Origin: Sphyrna mokarran
Taxonomy: Eukaryota
Assembly (NCBI GenBank): GCA_024679065.1
Contig: JAGIQG010000009.1
Coordinates: forward strand, 42,346,001 to 42,410,000
Direction: 5' to 3'
DNA length: 64,000 bases
Position 1 is the first letter of the stretch. Each line of letters opens with the position of its first letter. This document shows positions 25,346 to 39,900 of this stretch, piece after piece. A program made the position numbers and the translations under genes. The notes beneath the pieces were generated by a model. It saw nothing but the letters and a program-made list of their open reading frames with translations. It was not told the origin of the DNA and searched no databases.

Positions 25346-27169
25346 TTCTCAAAATAAACATAAAAATATACAAATTGCCATGCCACAGTAAAATTTTGCA
25401 TTTACTGAAGTCAGAACAATCAGTAACATGTGAGTGATCATAATGTACAAGTTTAGCTACTTCTTGTACAAGTTTAGGTAATTTTTGCTTTCAGGTCAAG
25501 ATGCTGGTCATCTCAACCAATCTTCCCATGCCCAAGTGTCTATTTTCTTTTATTTATTGAAGCTAAATAGACTTTTGGTAACAGAATAATTTTACTCGTC
25601 TGATATTAATATTTTATGAGAGGGTTTGATGGAAAGAGTTATAAATCTTCATGTGTTTCACTTGAGTAACTGGACTACATTTGCCAAAATAAGACAAAGC
25701 GACACACCCAACATCCAACAATACTTTCTTAATCCTTCAATCTTCCCTGGCAGTGGGAAAATTAGCTCGCAGTAAACGAGTCCTTGGAAAATTTAGGGTT
25801 TGGTCCAAACGCTGACATGGAAAGATCAAAACAAATAAAGTCCAGTCTAATCTTTAGCTATTGTGCCTAGTTCTTTCAAGAATTTTTATGAAGGCATTTC
25901 TACAACTCTGTAATTACAGTAATTTAATTTCCTTGTTCAATTTACCTAAACAGTTATGGTTGATTTGATTCTAAAGAAAAAGATTGCTTTATCTTGTCCT
26001 ATCCAATCTGCACTTCAGTATTCACACTGAACTATTCATCCCGTTCTGAATAAATTCTCTTGTGGTGTCAACCTTAATAAGTCATCCTTAAAACCTGCAT
26101 TTAAAATGTGTTCTTTTTTCCGGGAGGCAGTCATCTCTGCATTATTGAGAGATTGACGATTTGTTCTAATGTAAAACAACTACAGTGGAACTATGTTCAT
26201 CATATACATCTGTCAGTAAACATTCTTTGACTGCTGTGAGAGAACAATGTGAACCAAACAGTGCATTATATGCTTTATTGGGTGGAAAGAGGGGTTGAAT
26301 TGCACAAAATTGCTCAGATTAGTGAAGATCAAGGGACAGAGGTCATTTTCATTATGCAAACTCGACATGGCGACAAGAGAACTAAAGACCCTTAATTTTT
26401 TTTTAGATCATTGGTATGATTTTTAAAATTCTTTTTTATTCCTTTCTCAGATTTTTTTTCCCCTTTTCAAGGATATTTTCTACAAGCTTTCTTTGCACAT
26501 TTGCTAAGTTAAAACAAAAATACATTGACAGCTACAGTGCTGTCTAGCTGCATACTACACAACACTGAAGCCACCAATGATGGCATTATGACTAAAGCAG
26601 GCAGTAGGAGATTCTTAACCTCAAGACTTTTATGTAAGACCAAAGATGAATGCAGTCAACACTCTGTTTTCTCGTCACATATTTCTACTTCAAATGCTGT
26701 GAACCACTCAGAAAAATTGAGAGTAATCTTCAGGAAGTTCCTGGGCACATAACCAACACTAACTTAAAAAGCATTTATTTTCCCATTTGAAAAAAGACAA
26801 CCATAATGTATGAGCAATTTTTTTTATAACAATGGACTCATGGTGTCACTTCTCACATACTTTTGTCAGTTTTAGGTAAATTGCCAGTAATGCGCCTCAG
26901 TGTTCAGTTAATTCACATATACATAGCAGTTGATGCCAAGGTTCTGGGAATGGCTGTCTCTGGACTTGGTTTTTGAAAAATTGAAGGAAAATCATTCATG
27001 CTGAAATCAGGCATGCTGACTCTCAGCTCCTGACCTCCCACCGTCAATGCCATAGAAATCCAGTACGTGTAAAATACACTGAATCCAAAGAGACGATTAT
27101 TTATTTTCATCCTTTTTAGAAGCACAATTCTTGTCGGCTTCCAACCTAATTCAGAACTGAGATCCAAGT

Positions 27170-27630
27170 CTTCTATTACCTAAAGTCCAACATACTCATC
27201 AACCCATCCTCACCCAGCTCCGCTGGCTTTCTGTAAACAATTGGATAGGTTTAAACAATGTCATCCTGCTCCACTGCAAATCCATTTACAACCTTGCTTA
27301 ATTTTCCTTTAAGTGATATTCTTTAGACATTCATATAGTTCTTTTTAACTCTGGACTACAAATTATCTTCACTCTTTCCTTCCATCTTGAAGATCGATTA
27401 TTTTAGTCCCTACCAAATGTCTCTGGAATTCTCCAAGATTACTTGATATCAGATTCCCTCCTCTATGTTATAAACCCATGCCTACAGCATTGTCCTGATA
27501 TTCTTTTTGTGCTTGGTGTCCACCTCTTGATCTTGTATCAGGCTTTCAAACTTTATTTTAATACTTAATGAATGATTGTAAATTGTCTCTTTGTGCAAGT
27601 GTGCAATTTGTTGAGGCATTAAATAAATGA
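27170..27630 (+). mobile_element. Ancient L2 LINE 3' fragment
   Basis: cccatcctcacccagctccgctggctttctgta = PILTQLRWLSV, resembling HITPVLxxLHWLPV. Confidence 0.55.
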
Positions 27631-27715
27631 CAAGAAACCTCAAAACATGAGGTGCTTGTGGCCAAAACATATGTGACATTTAATCACTGGAAATCTTTGC
27701 ATTCAAAGGGAGTGC

Positions 27716-28045
27716 AATGATGGCACAGTGGTTGGCATTGCTGCTTCACGGCACCATGGGCCTCGATTTGAATCCAGCCTTTGGTGATTGTCTGTGTGGA
27801 GTTTGTATGTACTCCCCGTGCCTGCATGAGTTTCCTCCGGGTGCTCCTCTCAGTCTAAAGTGCACAGATTACATGGATTGGACATGCTAAATTGAGCCTT
27901 GGTGTTCAAAAATGCGTAGGTTAGGTTGATTAGCCATGTTAAATGTGTAGGGTTACAGGGATAGGACAGGGGGGTTGGGTCTGGGTAAGATGCTCTATTA
28001 ATGGGCCAAATGGCCTTCTTCTGAACAGTAGGGGTTCTATAGTTT
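27716..28045 (+). mobile_element. HE1-type V-SINE
   Basis: Head tggcacagtggttggc, V-domain, tail tggccttcttctgaacagtaggggttctat. Confidence 0.85.
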
Positions 28046-28323
28046 TGTGGTATGGTTCTAAAGATTTATATTTGAGTTGGCTATTTACAGAAGTGGACAA
28101 ATATTCCAGGCTGATATAAGCTATACTTGATTATTGTGTTTTATATTTTAATGGCCTGATTTGGAGTTTCATGTTCCTTATAAGAGACAGGAGAACATTA
28201 GCAATAGCTTTTGTCTGTCTATTGACCATCTCAAACTGAAAGTGTAAGCAGTAGGCAGACAGAAATGTTTAAAAACATGGCCTTGCGGTCTGCACAACTA
28301 GATTTTTAAGCAATCCTTGGATC

Positions 28324-28620
28324 GGCACAGTAGCACAGTGATGAGCACTATTGCCTCACAGTACCAGGGATTCAGGTTCAGTTACAGCCTCAGGTCACTG
28401 TCTGTGTGGGGTTTGCATGGTCTCCCCGTGTCTGTGTGCATTTCTTCCAGATGCTCCGTTTTCTTCCCACAATCCAAAGATGTGTGTGGCCATACTAAAT
28501 TGTCCCTTAGTTCAAGCAAATTTGCAGGGTAAATATGTGGGAATAGGACCTGAGTGGGCTTGTTGTCTGTGCAAGTTGACGGGCTGAATGGATTCTTTCT
28601 GAAATGTATGGATTCTGTAG
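28324..28620 (+). mobile_element. HE1-type V-SINE
   Basis: Head ggcacagtagcacagtg, V-domain, gggctgaatgg tail. Confidence 0.8.
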
Positions 28621-31600
28621 GAGGGCATTTAGTATTCCTACTCTATATAAATAGAAATATTATTATAGTATTTACATCAGGGCCACATGCCAATTTAAGA
28701 CTACAATTCAATTTTCAGGTCCAATGGATGCAGATATGCCACTCATGCTCTTTCTCCCCCCACTGGACATTGAGCAGCCTATCCCGCAGTCCTTTAAAAG
28801 GTGGCTGGAGGTTGCACTAGACAAATTACAGGCAAGTTTTCAAAATGATTCATGTGCAATCATGAGGAGCATAGCACAAGTCTTCTGGTGCTCCAGTCTT
28901 CTGTAATTACCTTCTTAGTTCCCTTTAACCAAATATTTCTGGCTCAGATCCATGGAAGGGTTGGTGCAGTTCTCAGCTCAGCGACTTGTCCGTCTGCGCT
29001 CACTGAGCACCAGCAGTTTGCTGATCATTTTCAATGCGGCCCAATCATGAAAAATGGCTTGGTACAGCTATCCAGCAGGCAAAACACTGTTGTCCACTTC
29101 CTGTCCAACGACGTATGTGATAAATGAAAATTAGCCTCATTACAATGTGAGATGGCGAGACTAATTTTACTTGAAAATGATCTGGTGTCCTTAGGCAGCA
29201 CTGAATATACAACTTGCAAATTTGTAACAATGGCAGTGGGAGGGGAGTTATGTTCCAGCGTGCAAACCCAGTGGACTCTCTCACAGAAAACGGGCTATGT
29301 TCCAAACACATAGTTTTCTTAAGTGCAAAAAAGTTAGTTCAGTGCTCAAAGGGTTAAGAAATTGCCAAAAACTTAGAATAGATATAGCATTAACAGAAAA
29401 AAAATCAGAGGTTATTGTTGTATGAACCATATAACAGCAGTGGGCAAAAATACTGAAGATGTACAACAGTGATTTTTCGAGTGTTTAATTGTTATTGTAT
29501 ATTAAGCAGTCCAACTGTTTTAAGTACTTTTAGTATCCACATCTCTTTCTACTTCAACACTCTCCTCCTCCCCCTCCCCCTCCCCCCAAAGACTTCTGAT
29601 AGAGTACTGAAGATTAGTAGTGCCTAGTCTAGACTACAGGCAACACCACCGTAAGCTGAAAAGCTCAGATATTACAATCTGCCTTTAACAAATCCAATAA
29701 CGTGAGCAGATCTTGACTGCAAAATAGTCACATCCCACCCCATATACTGCATCTGACTGAGGTTCCATTAAGTCGAGCTAAGCTGTTCAGCAACTGTTGG
29801 GTTGCTGCAACGAAAACCATCATTCAGATCAACTTCTGATTACATAATAATTTGTTATTTTGCTGAGTTCTGGCACTAATCTCCCTTCGTTTGGTTGGAA
29901 GCCAGAAATTAGAGTGCGTCATTCCACCAGTTTTCAACAGTGAAGCACTCATCTCACCCAGCGAGCACTCTGCACTCTTGGACAGGGGCCAGGAAGGGAA
30001 ATCCATTTTGCATGAAGAATGTGCACAGCACAAGGACTTACGAGACAGTTTTTTTTTGCTTTCTTAAAATAACCTATGGACAACTGCCAATCTAGCTAGA
30101 CACATATAACTTCAGAAATTTGGCATCAAAAACATGGTTAAGTATCTGAGAGGCAGAGAGAACAAAAATATGCTCGAGACTGGGTAACGGCTGTGCATTC
30201 GTGGCATATCACATGATCTGGCACAGCACACCTAATTGGTTAGGTTTTCAGCAAAGTACAGCCGCCATGTAAGGAGCTGCAAGCTGTATTCTGTTCTGGG
30301 GACTTAAAATGGCGGCTTCATATTTCGGCAAAACGGATAAAGTGAGCCCTAAAATCCCTTCTGAACCTGGCTGCAAAAGAAACAGTTTCAGGGGAAAAGA
30401 AGTACAGCAAAGCTGAGTAAAACCAGATACTCTCGAAAATTCAAATCACAAAGCTGCACATTTAAACGAGTGCTGACAAAGTTCCAAAATCCACGTCAAT
30501 TTAAAGGAGTATGTGAAAGACACAGAACACATTGACCTCATTACAAAAAAATTACTGTACTTTGAAAGAAAACAAGGGAACTCGAAGCATTTTAACTGTC
30601 TGCCACTTAGTGCGCAAGAGAGATTGAAATTTTGACAAACATCTGAAACCATCGGCACTCATGAGACTTTTTTTTTAAAAAAAGGGCATCTCTCTACCTT
30701 GGCTCAAACCCACATTCATTCAGCACAGGCATGACCAGTCGAAAAACGCACATCTTTATGCGCAAATATTTGCCTCTGGCTGAAGTTCAGACAGCCTGTA
30801 AGTGGCTGCCAGACACAACAGTGAAGTAAGGAGCAAGAGAAAGTAGCCCAGCCAGGGCAACTGACAGATAAACAATCAGCACTGATTTGTGAGCCTCTGA
30901 CAGGCTTTTGCTGTTGAATGACTTTGCCACCAGTCACAAGGTGCTCCCACCCTGTTATTAGTGGTTAATCTTTCTAACAAGAAGCCTTCCCACAGTTAAT
31001 GCCTAACCTACAAACATACAGTCTATTTTTATTACAATCCTTTCTTAGCTTGCACATAGTTATGTGGTCACAGCCTATGTGGGCAGAATTATGAATAAAA
31101 ACACTTAACCCTTTAGGACTTTAATACATTTCAAGATATGCCCACACAAGTCAGTTGATGCAAATTTCAAGAACTAATTAGCAGAAGATAAGATAAGGAA
31201 TATCAGGAAAATCATCTTTATTTAGCCTTACACCTACAGTGGCTCTGGTAGGACTCACACTGGACACTCACTGTGAGATAAGGGCAAGAAGCTATGCAGT
31301 TCTGAACAGTGAAGTTACAGCATCCTGTTCATACACCATCCCTCACAGAGGTCACATTTAGTTCATGTTATGTTGACCCTGAATCAAATGAGTTTGCTTA
31401 GGATTTTTAAGTTGTGTGCAAAGCGGTGTCAATTACAGGTCTGACGGATGCCGTACATTTGTATTTTGCACTTAAAACAGGAAATTTGCCTCCAGCATTT
31501 ACACCAGCTGATTTCAAATGTCTACACACTTGCCAAATCAGAGCCACTACAAGGTCATGTGCTGAGAGTCTCCACTTAGATCGGAATCAATAAGGCAGTG

Positions 31601-32599
31601 CTGGTTATAAGTGACAATTTAATACCCATCTGTTGCAGATTTACAACAAATGTGAATTTCTGACTTCACTGCAGCTGGGTGGTAAACGGGGAAATATTTC
31701 TGCTGCTTGTGGCTTCCAACAGCTCCCAAATCCCAGAACAATAATCAAATGATCAAAATGGTAAATCTAGACTTTAACAGGGTGAGGATAACGAGGATTC
31801 TACAAGACTCGGGGAATCTGTTCTGATAAATTTTCATTTAGGTGTCTAAGGAAAAATTTTACCTGCGGTATTTTTCAAACTTTTCCAAAAAACCAGGATT
31901 TTATGCCGAGAAATTATGTTGTGCAACATCATCATACAAATCTTACTGCGTTTGCATCTAGTTCATCTATATTAACGAAATATCAACCTGCTTAAAAGAA
32001 TTATAATTGACATAAATGCATTAACTGTTTATGTAATACTATTGCATGGCTCCACTACTAGTCTCAGGATTAAAGTGTTCAAGTTGGCTTTCCATCTGTC
32101 CAGCAACTATAGAAGCTAGTCAGAAGCTAACGAAACAGTGCTATTGACTCTTGTGATTTCATATTACACAGCCTTTACAATACTAATCCAAAAGGTCCAT
32201 GTCAGTGTTTTTGTGCCACACAAGCCTCCTCCCACCCTGCCTCATCCGACCCAATTAATGTTTCATTGATTTCATACCATTGTTTTAATTTGCATGATTC
32301 ACTAGAAAAGCAGAGATTAGTTTTTACTCTCCACTGTATTCCACATTCATTCAAATAATAGTCCAGCAACACCCTTCTCCAAAAGTATAACCAAACAAAA
32401 TCCCAGGATATTGACTCATCCCTAGACTTTGATTATTCAATGTCAATCTTGTGTGTTCATCGACAACATAGCCAGGGGCAGCACAGTACCATTATGGTGT
32501 AGGGAATATGAATATGGTCCTCTCAGTTTATCCAGATGGTTATAATTTTCAATCTTATTCATAAATAGAAATTAGTCAAAAGCATTCACTACTTTTTCT

Positions 32600-32920
32600 C
32601 GTAATCTATTTTAAATTTTCACAAGTCTGTTGAAAAGTATATCTTCCAATCTCCAAGCTTATTTGAACGTTCTTAATCTTAGTCAAGTGCACTCTTTCTC
32701 TCTGCTCACAATCTAAGCTAAATCGCTGATTTACATCTACATCATCTAGATTTGGCAGTATTTTTACACTCTGGAACATATCAAGCTTCAATCTTTTTTT
32801 CTCTAAAGAAAACAATTTCAGCTTTGCAAGTCTCTCCTCATAACTCAGAGTTTTACGTCCCAGAATTATCCATGTCACTTTGCTTTGAACCACTGCCAAT
32901 CATCAATGTCCTTTAAACAA
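32600..32920 (-). mobile_element. Old CR1 ORF2 C-terminal fragment
   Basis: ORF LSYEERLAKLKLFSLEKKRLKLDM. Confidence 0.8.
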
Positions 32921-33033
32921 TGACTCCGAGTTACTTCATTGAGTAGGTGGGAAAAACAGAAAAATAAGGTCTCAGTTTCAGTCTCTCAGTGTTATCCAAT
33001 AATCCCTGCATTAAATACATTAAATACATTAGG

Positions 33034-33670
33034 TCATGGGATTGTGATGAATATCCCTCCAACTTTCACTCTACACACGTTTATATTCATTCCTAAATAC
33101 TCTTTTAAACACTGAAGCCCTTCTCGAAAAGGTGCTCTCATAATGCAAGGAATACAAGGTAAAGAAGTCCAGGATTTTGATCCAACAATGATGAAGGAAT
33201 GGTGGTATATGTCCAAGTTTAGATGCTGTGTGATCTGCTAGGGAAAATATGATTGACTGTGTTCCCATGATGCTGCTGCTGCTGGTGGTAGGGCTTGCAA
33301 AATTGCTACATTATGTCCTGTCGGTAGTACATACTGAAGCCAAAAGGCTTCAATGGAGGAGGTTAGTGCTAATTTCCATACTAGGGGTTCTATCAAAAGA
33401 GCTGTTCTTCCTAGATACAATTGTGCTTCATGGGTATTGTTGCAGGTATACCTGTTGCATTCCTAACTTGAAGAAATGAATGACAAAAAAGTTTTGAGAG
33501 ATCATGTAAGCCACTCACTGCAGGACAAGTACTACTTCCTGATCTAGTCTGCCTGGTCTTGTAGCCACAATGTTGATATGGCTGTGCCAAATTAATGTGT
33601 GACCACTGGTAACTCCCAAGATGTGGATTACGGGGAACCTGGTGCTCGTGGTGTCATTGAAGGTTGGGTG
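33034..33670 (-). mobile_element. Decayed CR1-clade LINE 3' fragment
   Basis: HSFIIVGSKSWTSLP motif; same family as 16810. Confidence 0.7.
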
Positions 33671-33691
33671 CAATCACTGGACTTTTTCTTG

Positions 33692-33800
33692 TTGGAACTC
33701 AAAATGTCAGCTCTTTTCTCTCCCTACAGATGCTGCCAGACCTGCTGAGATTTTCTCTTTTGGTTTCAAATTCCAGCATCTGCAGTAATTTGCTTTTATA
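33692..33800 (+). mobile_element. Penelope-terminus-derived short element
   Basis: acagatgctgccagacctgctgagattt...ccagcatctgcagtaatttgc. Confidence 0.65.
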
Positions 33801-34620
33801 CTTGCACTTAGATGATGCCTTTCAAGACCCCAATGCTCAAAAACACTTCGCAACCAATCAAGTACTCTTCAAATGTAGTCACTGTTGTAATATAAGAAGC
33901 ATGCCAACCAATATACACAAATCAAGTTCCCACAAATAGGAACAAGAAAATTAAAAACAGATTATCTGGTCATTATATTGGTGAGGGATATGAAACCTTG
34001 AGAATTTGCCTGCTTTTAATTATTTTTCTTTAATTCATTTACACTAGTGAAATTTATTCATTTTTAGCTTTTGTTTATTCATTCATGGGATATGGGCATC
34101 ACTGGCTGGCCAGCATAATCATGCTTGAACCGAGTGACTTGTGAGACCATTTCAAGGGCTGTTGAGAGTCAACCACATTGCTGTGAGTCTGGAGTCACAT
34201 GTAGGCCAGAACAGATTAGGACAGCAGATTTCCTTCCCTAAAGGGCGTTAGTGAAACAGATGGGTTTTTCCAACAATTGACCATGGTTTCATGGCATTAG
34301 GCTTCAAATTCCAGAGAGCTTTTATTGAATTCAAATTTCACCATCTGCTATAGTTGGGATTCGAACCCTTGTCCCCAGACTATCAGCTGAGTTTATGGAT
34401 TAATACTTTATTGATAATAGCACTCAGCCATGGAAAAATGTCATAGGATCTTTTAAATCCATCTAAGAGGGAAGATGTTTATTATTGCGTCTGGAAGACA
34501 GCACCTTCAATGGTACTACACTGTCAGCCTAGATTACGTCCTCATTTCTTTGAAGTGGGACTTGAACCCTGATCTGATTCTGAAGCGAGAGTTATGCTAT
34601 TGAATTATTGCTGGCTGAGG
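33800..34620 (-). mobile_element. SacSINE1/DeuSINE-like element (33800-34010 and 34435-34620) split by a SINE
   Basis: tgtagtcactgttgtaat...cccacaaat; gaagacagcaccttcaatgg...cactgtcagcctagatt. Confidence 0.55.
34075..34430 (-). mobile_element. tRNA-headed SINE (second family)
   Basis: B box ggttcgaatccc; tttccttccctaaagggcgttagtgaa shared with 5165 and 44368. Confidence 0.8.
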
Positions 34621-36199
34621 ACTTCAAGTAAAAATTTTATGACTATTATAAAACACAAAAGAAAATTCAACGCAGAAATTTAATCATAGCATTCTGAAAT
34701 ATTTTATTTTGGTCATGAGAATTTTAATTTGTTAAAAAAAAATAGCAGATGGAAGTTCTTCCAAAAATGTTTTGAGTGATTACTATATATTTTCTCAAAC
34801 TCCAGAAACTCAGCTAATGTTCTAGGGACCTGGGTTTGAATCCCACAAGAGCAGATGGTGAAATTTGAATTCAATACTAAACTCACACAGACCTGACTAG
34901 CTGCCTGGTAATTTCTGTAGCAATTTATTGGCAATGGTTTATCAGAGTACAGGTGAATATTAAAGTGCACCAGCTCCCTATGACCAGTATAGGTCAGGAG
35001 TGAGAGCATAGTTTTCAAACTAAATGAAAACTGCATTTGGTTTAGGACTTATAAGGAACAAGGATTTTATTGTTAATACACATATGTGATTCAAAGCTGG
35101 ACTGTGGTCGGATTTTTTCACTTTTGTGCAAGCAATTGCGACTAGGAAACATTCAGAACTGAGGTTCCCAGAGAAATACAAAAACAGACAGTTTGATAAG
35201 GTGGTGATCAGACCAAATCTGACAACGTTACTAAGGTAAGCACTCTATACTACTGTTTTTCTAAATTTCCTGTTATCAAAATGGTGCTTGTGACTATATT
35301 GTAAATATGCACAGGTCACAGGATTTACAATTTCAGAACTTCTTTTCAAATCCAGTTCAATGTCCCTTTAGTTGGTTTAAAAACCAATTTGAATACAGTA
35401 GAAATTTGCACAGCAGAATAAAGGTTAATACTCCCAAATGAGGTAACCTCACAAGATTGTCTAAACTAAGATAAAATGTTTATGGAACTCGCTCATTTCC
35501 AAATCCAGATGTGGCAGGATCACCGAGGCTGTTGTGATTTTTTTAACTCTTTTAAACCCAACAGTAAAAGTAAAAACAAATGTGTTGCAAAAATTAATTT
35601 GATGGTTCCAGTTTCAACCCTCCCAGCAGGTTGTTAAGAGCAAAAACAGTCTGAGCATGTGATGAGCTAAAAGGTGTGGAATATCAACAGTGAAAAATTT
35701 GTTGGATCATTGTATACGATTGTTTATCTCTTCAGAATGAATACAGATAAAGGGCATCAAAACCATGTTGTCAAGATGACATTCATCATTTCAACCCCAA
35801 CAGCAGAGAACAATCCGGGACCTTTGCACTCTTCAATGATGTATTTTCTTTCTCCCTTCTGTAATGAAAGTCTTCAGGAACCCTGCTAACCAGACTGTCC
35901 CAATCTCCTTTTGAATTTTCCTTTCACCTGGACAGCACAAATAATCAGTGATGTTGCCATGTTGGTTGGTTTGACGCAAAAAGCCTATTGCTTAGTGCAT
36001 CAATACCAAATAACCAGCACCATAATGAAATGTGCAAGAAAAGATCAGGAAGCAACATTGTGTCCATCCAAAATGCTGAAAGCTCAGAGACTGAAGAGAA
36101 GTTTTGTAAAATCGCACTAAAATAAGTGGCCTGGTGAAATGTTATTCTTCTGCAGTTTGCATTCTTCTTTAAAGAAATGGAGGTCAGTGACAGAGAACA

Positions 36200-36600
36200 A
36201 CTGCAATCAGAACATGATTCTATAGCCTTGACAGGAGACAAGCTTTCAAGTACATAATTGGTTCCTGATCTTGCTGCAATCTTGACCGAGACATGGTTGT
36301 AAGAGCTGAATGACAGACGTGAGGTGAGAATCACTGCCTTTAAAATCAAGATAGCATTCAATTAAATATAACACCAGCAAAAAACAGCATAAAATTTTGA
36401 GGATCACCAAGTCACTGGGGAGGACATAACAACATGTAACATTTGGAAGCACAGAAGAGAAAGCTATGGTAATAATTGCCTTCAATTCTATCTTCGGAAG
36501 GTGGGAAGTGTGGACTTCTTTATCTATCAGAGAATGCAATAGTTCTATGTGTGCGTCGTCATTCATTACCTAAGAATAGTGATCAAGGTAAATAGGCTGT
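36200..36600 (+). mobile_element. Highly decayed LINE AP-endonuclease remnant
   Basis: 36264-36299 translates PDLAAILTETWL (consensus PDIIxITETWL); downstream AMVIIAFN resembles IIxGDFN. Confidence 0.35.
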
Positions 36601-36884
36601 TCAAGTGAACCAAAGTTAACAATATTGTATCCCAGAGGTTGCCAAGACACTATGCATAAAATGCTGAAGGGCCCTTGAATCCTGGCCATGCAAACACCCA
36701 ACATCCTTCCCCTTACATTCATTGGACCATGACATCAATTCCACATGACACAGGTAGTGCACTTGAGAAATTGATTCTTGGTAAGACAGAAAGCACAAGG
36801 AAATTGGATAATGCAGACCAAAGTATGGAGCTGAATGTAGTTGTGAAAAGGCATTAGGCTTGCAAGTTTCCTGTTCAATTCAAG

Positions 36885-36980
36885 CAAATGGTCATCAGCT
36901 TGAAATGTTAACTCTACCTCTCCCTAGACACTGCCTGAGTTGCTGGACTATTTCTGGTATTTTCTGATTTTATTTACGTT
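36885..36980 (+). mobile_element. Penelope-terminus-derived short element
   Basis: ggtcatcagcttgaaatgttaactct...ctgcctgagttgctgg. Confidence 0.5.
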
Positions 36981-39900
36981 TTCTGTTTACTGAGCAAACA
37001 GATGATGACCTGAAGGATCTTGCCATGAACAGAACAATTCTAAAACAGTGTGAGATATATATATATAAAGTTCTGCAGTTCCTCTCCCAGAAGGTATGGC
37101 AAATGGCTATGAAAATTCCACCAAGAAAACTGATTTAATTCAGATATTTTTTAAAGCTTCTTATTCACCTTGTTAAAATTTTGTCCGGTTTAATTATTGG
37201 AACTCATTGTGCTGTTATGCACCATCATCTATGAGTCAATTCAATACAAGTTACCCTCATAACAATAGCAGCTGCAGAAGCATTTAAAAACTTTCTCCTG
37301 CTTCATGAACAGTCAATTCAATGTAGAACATTGAATGAAGGAATGAAAATATTGGGCCGATGTCTGGACAGGTTAATGTTAAATACATTGCAAAAGATAG
37401 AGAGCTGCTGTTTGGAGATACTGGAGACTCTTCAGTTTACTTGCCTTGGAGAGAAGTAGATGTACGCGCTTCAGAGATTGCTTCCCACCACAGCCAATGC
37501 CCAATAAAAACCTTTATCTGAGTTGGATTGGAGACTATAACAAAAGAGTGAACCTGACCCAGGTCCATTAGCAGGCCTGGCGGCTCAGAAAGAATGATCT
37601 TCTCTAACACAACAGCCTCATGCAACTTAGAAGCTGCAGTTTCCATCCAAAGTAATTAAACCAGACAAAACTTTAATAAGATGAACAGGAAGTTTTGGAA
37701 TAAATCTGAATTAATTTAATTTTCATTCAAAAACCATGTCCAAGCAAACTTTGCTTCAAAGATTACAGTTTTTGCCGACAGTAATCTTTTATGGGGGCAT
37801 CTCATCACCAGCCCCTTTTGAAATATTAAACAGTTGGAAAAATGCCTAAACATGTCTTATTTTAAAGAATTGTTTAAGTTGAGTAGTGCCATCATCAGAG
37901 TTGCTGACCGTCCAGCCATAATTGCTACGCCTGACAGTGTCTCAGGGCTGAATTAACACCAGATAATCATTATTTACACAGGGTTACGAATATCTGTTTC
38001 AACTGCGTGCAAATTAATTCCATTCTCTCACACAAGAGGATTTAGTAATTCCTTAAAGACAAGTCCCTGAAGATGTAATCAGTACAGTGTATTTGAACAC
38101 TTTTTTTTTGCTCCCCGTCACCCTGATGCTGTTAGTCTTTAATCTCAAAACAGATTTTACAATGTTCAGACTATCAGATTTCATCGTTAATATTACTTTA
38201 ATAAACGGCTAATTATTCATTTGCAATCCTCTTACATAAAACTATTTTTTTAAATGTGTGTATGTCCTAAGTAAAACTGTAGCCAGCTGTAAAAATTGCA
38301 AGTAATTTCTTGAATGGCCAATATACTTTTGCAGTTATGAATAGCAAAAACGCAGAAGAAGTCAAACTAAATGTTGCCAGCAAGTTTTTGACTGAAGAGG
38401 AAACATAGCTATTAGCTCAGGGTTTAAAATATTGCCTGATACAAAAGCTCAATAATTAATAATCAACAACATTACTTTTAAGTACAGCTGTTCACACATT
38501 ATTAACGTAATTGCCGTTTTGTTTGGAAGAAAAGTGAGGGGATGCAGCCATACCATGACAGTCAAACTAAAACTATAATTTAGGGTGCAGGAACTGGTGC
38601 ATATGTACCAAAATTAGTTCAAATCAGACAAAAAAAAAAATCATGCAAGTGCCTAAATTGATCAAGAAATAGGTGCTATAAACAGAACACCACAAGAAAG
38701 CAGCGAAAGTCCTGGATGAATGTGGAAGCCGTAGGAAGACCGTTTATTATGTGCCAAAGACTTTTGAACCAGGCTCAGCATACACATGCACTCACTAAAC
38801 TACAAAGAAGTATCAATTAAAATGTCAGCCTACCACGACTGCTATTGGGTTGGTGGAAATCTGTGCAAGTTCACAACTCCATTCTTCACAGAGTTCAGTG
38901 CAAGGATGAATAAGATATTGATGCATGTTGGCCAGCGCAGACATCATGGGCTGAATGGCCTCTTTCTGCCCTGTAAAACTCTATGGCTCTACTTTCAACA
39001 ACACTGATAAGGAAATGCTTCGCTAAAATTGTCAATTAAGATTGAGTCATTTTCATTGACTTTGCTAAATTGAAATAGGCATAGCACTTCATGAATCCTA
39101 AATTTTATCTGCTCCCATGTACCCAGTGCCATTTTTCATTTGTTCTGGAAATGAGCAGCTGTCTTATTAAGGCATGCAAATTGGCGCCCAATAATGTTCG
39201 GAGGATCTAAACGCAATTTTCTGATATGAATGGCTGCTGCATGTACTGCATAGACGCCACCCATTAGTACCAGGCATAGAGCAGTAAACCAGCAGAACTT
39301 AAAGGAACAGCACAGGTAAATTTTCAAAATGATTTTTGTGGGGCCTGGAACAGAATAAATATTTCTTCTGGCCCTACCCACTATGGAGGGATGGCTGCAG
39401 TTTTGACAAGGGTTGAGTCCCGAATGTTGAGGATTATACGACATTCAAGAAAAATAGGAACTGGGTCCACTGAAGATCCTCGAGTCTCTGCAATTTTCAG
39501 ATTGTCTCTGCCTTGTCCTTTTCCAGGCTGATCAGGTGGGTGCATCTATCCATCAGCCTAGCCATTACATTTCACCAATCTGATGCAAGTAAGCCTGACT
39601 TTAAACCAAATCAGGTCTCTTACCAAGGACATCGGGCAGATGTATCAATCACAATCTGCACAATACTCATCAAGAATAGAAAGTAGCCCCTAGTTTTCAA
39701 GTCCTTAACTTTTCCGCTCCAACTCACTGAAGACAACATCACTAATGTTCACATGGATGAAAATACTGCTACAATATAACCACAAAAATATCTTTTGATA
39801 CTAAAATTTGTTGAAAATGTTTTTGCAGCAGAGACACGCTGCAAAAATATATGCACTGTTTTTGCACTGTCCAACATATTTCTTATTCTATGTGCATTCC

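Noticed and set aside
35132-35235. Plus-strand exon-like segment ending AAG|gtaagc
   Set aside because: Weak AAG acceptor, unrecognised peptide, no convincing partner exons.
35945-36361. 138-aa minus-strand ORF
   Set aside because: Antisense to a probable LINE relic; no domain.
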